From: Pseudovirgaria hyperparasitica
Taxonomy: Eukaryota
Strand: one strand, 5' to 3'
Length of the DNA stretch: 64,000 nt
NCBI GenBank assembly: GCA_010093815.1
Contig: ML996578.1
The notes under the pieces were generated by a model that saw only the letters and a list, made by a program, of their open reading frames with translations, searched no databases and was not told the origin of the DNA. The translations under genes and the position numbers were made by a program. Shown piece by piece: positions 48,945 to 61,700 of the stretch (position 1 is its first letter; every line of letters begins with the position of its first letter).

Positions 48945-49202
48945 CTACGTATACCCACCCCACCCCCGAAACGCCATCCCATACCGCCGCCACAACCGCT
49001 CATACTCATGCGGCTTCCACATCCGGTGTCTCTGCACGCACAGCGCGCACATGCCCCGGTGAGTAATCCTGTGTGGCGGCGGTGGTGTTCTGCGGTAGAG
49101 TTGTTGTTGCAGGAGCTGGGCGCGTAGGTGGGGTGGGAAGGGCTGCTCGATGAGGAAGGTGTGGGTGCAGTTTGTGTAGGATACTAGGTATTGTTCTGGC
49201 AT
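48945..49202 (-). CDS. Probable small protein (85 aa) with Y..C.H and G.C..C motifs
   Basis: C/A-rich leader ending CCAAAAAATG, a possible 5'UTR intron at 49428-49564, and potential Cys/His metal ligands. Confidence 0.5.
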   Translation of the reverse strand: MPEQYLVSYTNCTHTFLIEQPFPPHLRAQLLQQQLYRRTPPPPHRITHRGMCALCVQRHRMWKPHEYERLWRRYGMAFRGWGGYT

Positions 49203-50695
49203 TTTTTGGATGTGGTGTTGTGGGGTTGCTGGGGTTTGGTTTTTATTTGGTGGTTGGGGTGAGGGATGGGGTTGTGGGTTGTGTCTGGGTTGCTGCTGGT
49301 ATGGTTTGAGGGGTGAGGGAGATAGAGAGTTGTGAGGAGTGGAGTGGACCGTGGTTATCGTGGAATTGAGCTATTGCGTCTTCAGGCCGGGCGACTGAGC
49401 TGGAGTGAGCGTTGATCTGGGCTTGTGCTGGTGGAAGTATGAGGGGTGGATGATGGATGGTAAGGTAGCAGGTGAGCATGAAGCAGCTACTAATGTCTGT
49501 CCAGAGTGAAGAAGAACAAAGGAGAGAGCGGACCATGCGGGCTGCCTGGTACATACATACATACGATTGTCTCTTCAAGCTTGCCCATCAATCGTCTCTT
49601 GTTGACGTTTCAAACACAACATCGGGTGTGTGTGTGTGTCATGACGCTGTGCTATGAGCTGGCAGAGGTGTGGTGATTGAACATTACGGAAAGAATGGAT
49701 TCACCACTTACCCACCCGTGTCGATGGACACGAAGCTCATGTTCATTGTCGGAGTGACTTCCGGCGTATGTACGCGGCTGGCCGGTCTTCCGAAAAACGA
49801 CCTAGATGTGTGATAGATATGCGGTTGGGGAAAGCATGCCAGGGGGGTGGGGAGACGGGTTATTCTAGGAGAGGGGAGTTTGCTAAGACACGCTGTCTGG
49901 CACGAAAGTGAAGTGTCTGCGCTGGAATTTGCTGCAAAGTAGAGCCATAGTTGGGAAAGAAAGCTACACAGGTCGGTCCGGGTGATGATGGTATCTCTGA
50001 GCACTTCCAGCATTGTCCAGCGATCTCAGGATAGAAGAGGGGGCTGCGTACTTCGTTTCCAAAGCGAAGACGAAACGAGGCGGAGTTTGGCCTACGAACG
50101 CACAAACGAGGTATGTCTAGCAAGCGTCAATTATTGTCACGTCACGTTCACCGCCTAGGGAACTTAGCTGTTTGCCTCAGTCAGAGGTTGAATCTAATGG
50201 TTTGACCAGAGCTGACAATCTATGGGTGGTAATATGCTCAGAGCCCCAAAGCATATGGTCCTTCAGACAACCCAGATATCTTTCCAAGGTATTGTGTTTC
50301 AAAGGACTGGTATGGAGAGCAAAGTCGAAAGGTGGTGTTCAATATAGCTCACCAGACGCAGCAATTAGTCGGTATCTGACATTAATAGCGAGAGACGTGG
50401 AACGAACATGAGATGATGAGAATAGCAGTAATCACAGCTTACATGAGGCTCTGATGAGAATAGTAGAGTGAATTTTAGTCTCGATGGATACTGGTGACAC
50501 GAGTGGTGCTCACGTCCGTCTCACGTGGTAGTGCGATGGGTACTGCCAAAGGCATAGCCGTGGGACGCAATTAGTTCCGCTTGTGTTACACTCACCTTTC
50601 CTCGCTACTACTCAGTTCACAATTATGGGCAAGTCATCATCGCGTGTTGTAGTCTTCTCTCCAAGTAATGCAGGAACATTTTTGCTATGGATGGT

Positions 50696-52399
50696 TCAGG
50701 AAGGTTTCGGATTACCTCCAGGCTTCTTTGCATATATTACACGACTGAAGCGCACGTTAGTTATGAGAAATAGTCTTTGTAGGAGTCGGGTGATGTACAC
50801 TTCTTGGTAATTCCTCAGCCGCCGATTGTGGACAGCAGCCTTAACCTGACGTATGTGCTGCTGGACTTCCTCGTAGGTCCACTGAGAGATGACTGATTAG
50901 CCGGGCGAGACACCAACAGAAGACTGTGACTACGTACTCCGAGATCCCTTGTAAATAATGCGAGGCACCAACTTTCCATAGAGTCTTCCCAATTTCTTAC
51001 GTTCCAACGGCCTATGTTCTTGAGTCGTGCGTTCTTAGGCCATAGTCCGATTGGCCATACGTGGGCTTTATCGATTATATCAACGAAGCCTGATGCATGT
51101 TAATTCCTGCCTGTTCCATGACACTTGGTTGGTTCTTTGACACATGTCAGACATACCAGCGGCTTGCATATTGCTCGCAAGCTCGTTAGCAATATCGAAA
51201 CGTCTGCCATGCTTCTTTCCACAGTCGATCAAGTTGTCCATGAGTGTATCAAATCCATGGTTTTCTGGGTCTGTCGGTCCGGATGTGAATGAAAACACTT
51301 TCGCGTCGTACTCCATATGCTCTATGTAGCCACCTGGCTTGAGCGCTCTGACGATACAGATCAATGAGGTTCGAGTAATTCCACGAACTGTGAGACCATC
51401 ACTTACTTCAGTGCTTGTTGATAGAAGTTTATCCAAGATGTGGCACACCCGGCCAGGCCGCGCACATGTATGTAATCAAAGCTTTCTGCAGGATAGGTCC
51501 ATTCATCGGTGCAGTCGTCAATCTCGAAAGTCACGTTGGGAGGAGCGCTCGAGATCTGTATGGGCGACAAGTCCGTCCCTTTGTATTTGTCGGCGATTTG
51601 GGACATTCAGGAATGGATCAGATACTCACCTATGACTTCCGCCGAGGGATGAAGGTCCGCAAAATCACTAGACGTAGTATTAGCTAGAAACATCTCGTGA
51701 ACGCAAGTGACACACATAGCCCACAGTCCAGTACCTGTACCAACGTCAAGAACCCTCTGCGGATCTTGCAATGGCGCCGTGTATAGCTTGTCATCTAACG
51801 TAAGGAGCCAAAGATGATGCCTGCATCGGAGTCAATCTTAGACATGTATCACCACAAATTATACTTACTGGACGACCTCCGCGTTGCCAACTGTTTCATC
51901 GTTTGGTTGATAATACTGTCCATCTCCTGAGAGATATTAATGGGCTTGCCAAGCGAGTTGGAAATCTTTGTCTTACGCTGAAAAAGGTCAGCTTAGCTGC
52001 CTTTCCAAATCGAATATCAAAAGAAACTCACGTATCCCTTTTTGTTTCAGCTTGATGACTATGAATAGGTTTACTGATCGCCATGGGAGTAATAATGGTA
52101 GACTTATCCAGCTCATGTGTCTACATGGTGGATTCGAAGAGTCTGGGCCCGGGACATAGACTTACATGATACCTCCTGCCATTCTCATACACGTAGTCTG
52201 TTGCCGAAGATGCTAACGTGCGACCCCTGGAAGAGATTAGTAGCCAGAGCCGGAGACACGGAAATACGTACGACAAAAAGGTCTCGCGATCGTCCTCATC
52301 GCTTTCGTCGTACGAGTAGGATTCATCCTGGGCAACATCATTATGGTGCATTAGCTAGCGTGCGCTCCAACCTACCGCTTTCAGGTCGATAGGTAACAT
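50696..52399 (-). CDS. SAM-dependent methyltransferase (LaeA-like fungal family), about 12 introns including two micro-exons; start approximate
   Basis: Assembled protein contains YVYENGRRYHGYRDGQYYQPNDE, HHLWLLTLDDKLYTAP, RVLDVGTGTGLWA, GTDLSPIQ, FEIDD, FDYIHVR, LKPGGYIE, WPIGLWPK, YAKKP. Confidence 0.88.
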
Positions 52400-53617
52400 T
52401 TCCTCTCCAGACTCGCCTTTTGAAAAATTCAGCACTCTGTCCCAACGAGAGGCTGCTCATCTGTCGGAGTACGGAGTGCGGATTGCGAGTTGAAGGGGTT
52501 AGTGGGGAACGGTTTGCTGATGGAATGCTTTGATAGGCGCCGCTAGAGACGCCAGTCAAGTAGTGGTCTGTTCAAAAGCTGTATCAAGGCGAGCGAATTT
52601 GGTGGATCGTGGTTAGTTTGAACAACGCGAATTCGATTAGAATCGACGTGGTGGTGGAGAGCCGAGACAGCAATGCTAGGTACAGGTAGCCTGACCATGG
52701 ACTCGGGTCGAGGGATGAAAATGTCACTCTCATACGAGTTGTGATTCGAAGACATGGGCATCTTCGGGCCGGTATTACAATGGCGGACAGGCCGCCTAGA
52801 ACGACTCCAGTGTCGCTCTGCGCCAGTGCAACTTGCGTCTATGATGTTCATGAACATCAACGCAGAATCGACTAGGAATAGAATTCAAAGTGCGCACCGT
52901 CTCGAGAAAGCATGCTAACATCCCATCCACAGGTCCCGAGTAGACGGGCACCTCAAAGGTCCATCAGGCTGCGGCACATGGTGTCTAGACCTCGGAGACA
53001 GTCTAAGCACAAAGCACATGTAGGCCAAGGTGCATGTCGCTCCGATATCATCATATCCAGTAAGACAAGCTGTGATGCATTATAAACATATGCATGCTCC
53101 ACCGCGCCGTGCCGCGTTTTGGTGCAAGGCCCCAGCAACCAGAGTGAAGGGCTGGCTGGGTCCAATCCATGTTACTCCTTAGAATCGCTGGCCACAGTCT
53201 CGGGTCTGCGAGCAGGCTACCAACCTCATGGTGGCGGGCATGAACTATTAATCCCGAGCAACAACACAAGATCAGAGTATCTCATAGACTGGATTGTTTC
53301 CTTATTGTTTCCTTTGCTGCTGTCCTTCGCAATTTTCCGTGTCTCGGAGTATGTTATATACATCCATCAATCCATCCATCCTTTCCACCCACCATCGCCG
53401 ACGTCGCCAAAATGCATAACCTTTGCCGTGCTCCTGTACTGGACAAGCATGCATATTACCCCAACGCCTTGACCATTTGATCGTCCTCTTCACGAAATGC
53501 TGAATGCATCGTTCCACTTATGCTTTGAGTTGAAAGGCTTAAAAGGCCCGAATATCATAATATCGCAATGCCGCCCGGATGAATTTTGCTTCGACCAAAC
53601 GCCTCGCATATGCACTA

Positions 53618-56588
53618 TTAACTGCTTCCGCTTCCACGTTCGGCATCGTGTAGTTGTCTCAACTGACTCTTGCTGGCCTGTGACTTGACCACTCTCTTCT
53701 CATCCTCACTCTGACTAGAAGCTTCATCGTCAAGTCTACCACTCTTGGACTCACGGCGTAACCTCTCTGCTTTATCCTTCAAGGCCTTGGCCTCTTCTGC
53801 TGCCCTTTGTGCGCGTACCTGCTTCTTCCACATGTTTGCATATCGGCCTTTCTTCTCGAGAAGCTCCTCATGTGTTCCTCGTTCCGCGACTCGCCCTTCA
53901 TGCAATACTAGGATCTGATCGGCTGTCGTTATAGTGCTGAGACGATGAGCTATCACGAGCATGGTTCGGCCATTTCCTAACGCAGTCAATGCCTTTTGGA
54001 TGTGTTCTTCCGTCTCCGTATCGAGTGCTGCTGTGGCCTCGTCCAGTAGGATGATCCTTGGGTTTTTCAAAATGGTACGAGCAATTGCCACACGTTGTTT
54101 TTCACCACCGGACAGACGTAGCCCACGGTCTCCGACTTTGGCCTCGTATTTGTCTGGATATGAAATGATCTTGTCGTGTATACTCGCAGCACGACACGCT
54201 TCGTAAACTTCTTCGTCGGTCGCATCTGGACGTGCATACTTGAGATTGAACATGACTGACTCATTGAAAAGCACCGTGTCCTGCGGTACTACACCAATGT
54301 GTCTTCTGAGCTGGTCAATGGTGATGTCTTCGACGTCGTGTCCATCTATCTGAATGTTGCCAGAAACGGCATTGTAGAATCGAAAGAGTATCCGGAAGAC
54401 TGTGGATTTTCCTCCACCTGATTCGCCCACGAGAGCTGTTGTCGTTCCCGGAGCACAATGGAAATCGAGACCTTGTAACGCCGGCTTGCGAGTATCATAA
54501 GTGAAATGGACATTGTTGAATCGGATGTCGCCTTCACAGCTAGGAAATTGGCCTGCGCCAGCCTTGTCTACCACTGTGGGCTGTTCCTTGAACAGCTCCA
54601 GCATACGCTCCGAGTTGATCATAGCCGACTGGATAGTTCGATAGAAAGTGCCGAAAAAGTTTAGTGGACTTTGCAGCTGACCGAAGTATTGAACCAATGC
54701 GGAGAAGGAGCCCACGTCAAGCCTTGAAGTCGTCACTTGATGCGCAGCCAGAAAACATGCAACCATCAAACCCAACATAAATACCAAATTCTGACAGACA
54801 TTCATCAAGTTGAGAGAAAGAAGTACTTTGTATTCCGAGAATTGGAATTTGTTTACGGCTTGTCGATATCTGTTAAATTCGAATTCTTCGGCATTGAAAT
54901 ACTTCACGTTCTCGTACGAAACCATGGAGTCGTTCCTGTAGTACTTAGTATTTACGCTAGACTTTCAGATGGACCATTTGCTTACTTTACCGCTTCTTCT
55001 TCACGCCCGGCATTGACCATCTGTCTGCGGATGTCGGCACGCCACTGAGCGAGACGAATTGTAATGTAGACGTACCAAAACGTGACAACAGCTACCACAA
55101 GAGCATAGTAAGCATCATACTGAGTCAAGAAATACCCAAAGGCAAGAACTAGGTCGACAAGCATCGGTAAGACATTGAATGTGATCTGCTCGAGGAATGT
55201 GTTGATTGCAGTCCCCTTGTTCAGAGCTGACACGACCTCTCCGGTTTTCTTGCTTATATGAAATTCGAGGCTCAGACCATGGACGTGTTCAAATGCAGCG
55301 ACAGATAGCTCCCTGTATGAGTATTGACTGATCGGGATCCATAGAGTCGACCGAGAGGCTGCTAGTAGTCCGTTGCTTCCTTGGAGTAGTTTCAGAAAAA
55401 TAAATACGCAGATGGCTGCCCAAGGAGTGTTGGACGGTCCTCCGCCTTGAGCATCAACAAGAGCATTGGTGATGATTTTGACTTGGTTAGGAACCGCCAG
55501 ATTCACCACACGCTGCAGTAAGACCAGGACAAAACAAGCAACCACCACGACCTTGAGCTTTGTATCCTTTGATGGCCAGAGGTAAGGGAAGAAAACCGAA
55601 TAACCACGGATATACTCCCACCATCCACGTGCTGGCACAGAAGTCGGCCGTACCCAACCATCTGTGTGAGGGGTGGTACCGTGAGCGCCATTGCCCGGAA
55701 TAGAACCGTAGCCTTGTGCGGACCCGTTTGCAGCTCCATTCGGGGTTCCGTTTTCGGTAGACCCCTCATCCAAGAGTCTGGCTGTCTCGGGTGTGTTGAG
55801 GCGTGCAAATCTTTCTCTTCGCCTTTTCGTATGCACGAAAATGACATAAGATATCATCATGAATATGAGCAAGAGCACTCTTATTAGGTCGATGGTGACC
55901 TCGAGTATTTCCCATTCTGTCATCTCAGTCCGCAGAGGCCCTTTGCTATCACCAGCGCTGGGATCATTGTGGGCGTGTGTGTAGTATTGGAATGATAGTG
56001 CCAACAGAGCCACCTCATATATGGTTGCAAAGAACCATGTGTACATGTGCGCCGAGGTTGGTGAAGGCGTGCCATCGATCAAGGAGATGAAGAAGAGAAG
56101 GTAAATGAAGAAAGATCCGATGAGGTAGACCTGCAAGTGGCCGTTAGAATACAAAGGCTGGACTGGCTTTGAGAATAACTCACCACTGTCGGTTGTCCAC
56201 ACCAATACTGGTGCTCACGCTCAGCTACAGCATGGATAACCACATTCGCCGAATTTGCAAAGAAGGTCAGGGCTGTAGCCACAGCGAGGGTGTAGAAGAG
56301 ATGCTTCTGCGATTTTGAAACGTCGTCCTTGATTTTGGGCTTCGGTTTGTTGTGAGTAGGGTGATGTGCAGGTAGTGGTTTTCCGCCAGGACCAGTCTTG
56401 GACGTCGGAACGTCGTTGTTTGCCGGAGGTACAGCTCTGATGCTTCGATAAGTGAAGGCTACCAGAAACACAAGGAGCAGTGCTATTGGGTAAGCATAAT
56501 GCAGGTACATCAGAGCCACACCAATTTTTTCCTGCGAGGTCATGTCAAGGGTAGTCCTAGGTCTTGCCATGGTAGAAGAGGTAGCCAT
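53618..56588 (-). CDS. HMT1: Heavy-metal tolerance half-size ABC transporter (HMT1/ABCB6-like); introns 56131-56183 and 54936-54985
   Basis: N-terminal membrane extension, FFPYLWP, FEHVHGLSLEFH..KKTGEV, Walker A GESGGGKST, signature LSGGEKQRVAIAR, Walker B ILLDEATAALD. Confidence 0.9.
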
Positions 56589-57804
56589 GGTGACAGACGG
56601 CAGCTCGACCGTACTCCCGGATGAGCAGGAAGTAGAGAATGATCAAGAAGGAGAAGGCGAATGGACGGTGCAGCAAACACAGCCGGCTATGACATGGCTT
56701 GGTCGTGTGCTCAGGATCCACGGGAGAGCCGACGGTGGTGGCGGTCGAGGTTCGGTGATGGTGGGATGGACGAAGTGAAAGAGGTCTAGAGGGAGCGGTA
56801 GGGCTCAAGTTTAAAACAGCGTTGGAATTCCAGAACCAGTCCTCTGGGAGAAATGGAGTCTGATACGATGTACAGAGCGATACAAAGCATGCACGTCTGA
56901 AGGAGCTTGGCCGATGTTCGGAATTGAAGATTAGTGAAGCGTATCGGGGAAGACGGGAGAAGCTCAGGATATACGACTAATGGTGCAGATAGCGCCAGTC
57001 AAAGAGTGATTAGCTTCGGTTTGAAGCTAGTTGAAGTGAACAAGACCTGCAAGTGGCACGAGCAGAACCGGGACGAGTAAAAGTGAGAGTGAGAGAGAGG
57101 TGGGAAATTGAATGGTGAAGCGAAAAGAGAGAGAGAGAGCAAGGAATGATTAGGAGCAAAAGAAGAAAGATAAAAGATGGACAGGGAAGTTGAGGAGCTA
57201 GTTGTCGAATCTGGAGCATCGTATGCAGGTGCAGGACGGCAGGCGGAAGGCGGAAAGGTGGTGGGTGGAAGCACTGGAAGCCCTGGAAGGTGATAGGATG
57301 GAGGATACTTGGGTAGGTACCAGGGCTGCGGCATGCCGGTGCCTCGCCGTACTACCTGTGTGTGTCTAGAATGTTTAGAGTGTCTAAAGTTGGGTTGTCT
57401 ATAGTAGGGTGTGTTTGAAGTCTATCAACATATGCTAATCAATCAATACTTTTGAACACGGCACGGGGCACGACGAAGACAATGATGTGGTGACAGATGA
57501 TACTATTAACCATGGTACGATGGGAGTGTGACAAGCAGTAGTACCTCTCTGTAGGTGGGCGTGAGTGTCGATAGGAGGTGGAGGTGTGGTAATATGTAGC
57601 TGATAGGTAGTCAACAAGTAATAATTTAGTGCCCAGACAGGCGGTGATGGTGGGTGGATGCGGTGGATGTGGTGGAGGTGGTGGTGCCAGGTGGGCGGGT
57701 GTCCACGGTGCCAGGTGGTCGTGGGGTTGGCAACGTGGAAAGGGGGTCAGTCATGATCCTGTGCAGTAGTATCAGATAGCCATCCATAATTAGTCTAATA
57801 GAGG

Positions 57805-57862
57805 GCAAAGCCAAAAGCCAAAAAAGCCAAAAGGCAAAAAAGGCAAAAAAGGCAAAAAGGTA
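57805..57862. repeat. Degenerate (AAAAGCC/AAAAAAGGC)n tandem repeat
   Basis: caaagccaaaagccaaaaagccaaaaggcaaaaaaggcaaaaaaggcaaaaagg. Confidence 0.7.
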
Positions 57863-58704
57863 AAATGGCACCTGGCATAGACATATTCCTACCGGTCGCC
57901 ACGAGACATGGACATGCAGATATGCAGACGCGGGTGCAGACGCCGCCCACGATCCCCTCCACCGCCTTAAATTTAGTGAACGTTGTGCTGCCAGTCCGGG
58001 GGGCGTGGGCAGCCAGACAGGGCAGCTAGACAGGGCAGACCGGGGGAGGCAGACGCAGCAGACCCAACTCCGGCGCTATAGATGTGCCTGCTGCTCTACC
58101 CTACCTACATACAGTATCTAATTACAGCGTCTGTCTGTATAGCCGTTTGATCCTCCGAGATCATGATCCACAGTCCGCCAGCGCATGACCAACAGCTGCA
58201 TACGGATATAGGTAGGCAGGTTATAACTGTGTACCATTATTGCGATTGCGTGGCCCAGTCTGCAGCCCGGAGCAGTAATCTCAGATTTCCCAGATTTCCA
58301 GATTCTCACCTTCCCAGCACCCGCGCTCGCCTCGCCTATCTGATGGGGAGGGGGGGCCCTCGAGATCGCTGTAGTCGCGCGCCACAAGTCGCTTGCTGGC
58401 CTTTGCTGCTTTTGCTGGCCGATCCTCCCCACACCGCCGCGGTTCGTCTGCAGCCTGCACGCGCTTCCACTGGTTCCGTCCAGACTTCGCCGATCAACTT
58501 CCTCCGCCTATACCACAACGCGCCGAAAAACCTCACCGCAACATCTCCGTACGCTTCCTCCACCCTTCCACCCTGCACACACACCTACACACACACACAC
58601 ACCTACACACACACACACACACACCTTCTCTCTCTTTCTGAAGAGCTCCATCCGAACCTATCGCCCCAACCCTTACAAAGCAATGTGTCCAGCACTCTCG
58701 GCAC

Positions 58705-61700
58705 ATGGCTGATCATCCGAGACGGCCCTCGCAATCCGCCGCGGCTTCGTCCATCCCTCCCGCTCCTCCACTTCCACCGCCCAAGTTCGCAGCGCGTAAC
58801 GTCTTTACCAGATTCGTCACTCAGCCCTTCACATACGGCTCTCGTCCTCCAAGCGTGCAGGCGAACCGTGCAGATGGCCAACGTTCGGCTTCGTTGGCTC
58901 CCCGGGGTACAGGGTATGTATCATAGCTTTCAACAACGTGCTCCACTTGGACAGGACGATACCCTCCTACTTAAAAAGCCACAGTATCGTACTCTCCTCT
59001 CCAGCCAACTACATCTCTTCCTGTCCCTACCACTTCTGACACGTCGTACTGCAGAGTAAACCCGGCCTTCTCCAAAGAAGCAAGCCACAAGACCGGCCTT
59101 GAAATATCTGCTGTCGATATCAACCATGACGGCACACATGCAGTCCTTGCAGGTCGCGAGATCTTGAAGACGATCAGCGTCACCGACACACATTGCGCCG
59201 AAGAGGACAACCTGCGTTCCGCAATCATTAATTACACCGGAACCGTCACAGGCCCCGGCCCCGCCGCTTCTAGACATAGAGAAACGTTCGAGATACATGA
59301 TGTAAAGTGGTCCCACGGCCAATACGACTCGTATATTGCTACTGCTGCAACAAATGGCAAAGTCATCCTCTACGACTTGAAACGTACAGGCAAGGAAGTC
59401 GCTAGGTTGCATGAGCATCACCGTCAGGTACACAAGCTTGCTTTTAATCCGCACAAGGGCCATTTATTGTTGTCGGGCAGCCAAGATGCGACGGTGCGTC
59501 TGTGGGACTTGCGCGACATGCGACGAGATGTCATGTCATGCGCCAGTCGGGACAAGTTCTCTGGCATGAGTGAAGGCATTCGTGACCTCAAATGGTCGCC
59601 CACCGATGGGGTAGAATTCGCTTTTGGAACCGACAATGGCGTAATACAACGCTGGGACTTCCGACAAAACAGAGGCCCGAAGCTGAAGATCAACGCGCAC
59701 GAAAAGACAGTCAACGCTATTGATTGGCATCCTGATGGGAAGCACCTGATGAGTGCGAGCACCGATAAGACGGTCAGGGTGTGGGACTTCTCATCGGAAG
59801 TACGCAGGCAGAAACCTGCATTTGTGTTACGTACACCCTTTCCTGTGTACAACGCACGTTGGAGACCATCTTGTTGGGTTCCAGAATCACGAGAACATGG
59901 CTCTCTTCAATGCACTCAGCTAGCGACGTCGTACGACAGAGACCACGCTATGGTGCACCTATGGGACCTCCGCCGCCCATATCTACCGTTCAGGGAGATA
60001 CACCGATACAGCATGGCCCCAACAGATATGCTATGGCACGGACGCGATCTGCTCTGGACTGTTGGCCGCGAAGGCATGTTCACACAGAATGACGTCAATT
60101 TTGCTCCGAAAGTCATCGACAGACGAAATATGCAAGCTTTCGCAGTATCTGCAACGGGTGAAATTAACGCTTTCTCACAGAAGAGATCACGAAGTCGCAA
60201 CTCGGAGCATACAAATTTCACCCAGGAGAATTATCCTCTCGACTCCGAGAAGACCCGTAGCAGTCCTGACAAAGGTAGCCTTGGCCGCGTCTCAGCAGAC
60301 GACAGTCTCGATGACAGTTTTCTTAGCACGTCTTTCAATCGACACCACGGCAGAACCGCAAGTAACAGGTCTGCTAAGTCATTTAGCAGTACGCCACCAT
60401 CATCTGACATGTTGACCAAAGTTGTATTCTTGGATGAGTCCCTAGCAATTCGTGCTGATGCGTTCAAGCCTAATCAGACAGCCTTTCGAGGATCCCTCCC
60501 CGGATCGTTGAATCTGCCCGTGTTCACTTACCTTGCACAAAAATACAAGGCCATGGCTTTGACTGACCCACCATCTGTTGATTCATACTTAAATCTTCCT
60601 AAACTTTTCGGGCACAACGCAGAGTATGCAGAAAAAGCTGCTCTGTTTCGGCTCGCAGAAACTTGGCAGATCGTTGGGCATGCAGTCTTCAACGTTGTGA
60701 GTTCAAGGGCAGAGCAGCATAGAAGACTACGAGTAGAGCAAAGCCATCCTCCCCGACAGGTCTCAGAAAGCCGATCTAAATCAAACCTGGACGTAGTCAC
60801 ACCTGCAAAGACTGCTAGCATAGCGCATAGGGCGGTATATGGACCGTCTAGTCACTCGAGTCCACTTCTCACTGTAGGCCACGCTGAGAGCACGTCAAAT
60901 CTACCAACTCCACTTGCAAGACCTGTAGCCCATTCGACCTCGCATACTGGCGATGGTCATCTTAGACTTCCTGACTTGGACAATGAAGACGCTCTCAACC
61001 TTCCACCTGCGATTGTAGGTCCTCATTCTAATGGAGATGTAAGCTCCGTCAGTCGTTCCCATCGGGACGATTTGCAAATACCACGTCCAAATTTCAACAA
61101 CCCACGATGGTATAGTACCACAACTGATCTAGACGAGCGACGGGCAATGGTAGGAAGCTACAGGGCACAGCGACGAACCCCTCTTACGTACGATCAACCC
61201 AATCCTCATGCCATCGATATTAGAGCACCACCCAACCTAGACAGACACAATTCAGACGAGAGCTTTGCGATGTTTTCGGCTTCTTCAGGGTCGCAACGCG
61301 AACCGTCCATGTCGGGCTCCTTCGCAAGCGTCCACTCGCAAAACATGGAGTCAAAAACTGAGGGACCGCAGGAGTCTCATGACAGTAGTCCGAATCTCGA
61401 TCGATATGCATTGAGTCCCATCTCTAGGTCAGCCCATAGACGCCCACGTCTTGACATGCGGCACATGAGCCCAAGTCCTTCAAGTACACAAACAGAACAA
61501 CGTCTCGCCGAGAGCACGCTGAGCCCAAAGAATACAATTTCTCAAGCGCAGGTCACGTCATCGGGATCCCAGGCGTTGAGTCCAGCACAGTTTAGTGCAG
61601 AAAGGAGGAAAGCAATCGAAGATATTGATGTGCTCCATCGTAACAATTACCTCATGCGTCATGACAGCTCCGAATCAGAGGCATTGACCAGTGATAAGGG

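Noticed and set aside
58163..59059. 298-aa ORF upstream of RTC1
   Set aside because: It crosses a CA microsatellite, the true first exon in another frame and the intron; its composition is not protein-like.
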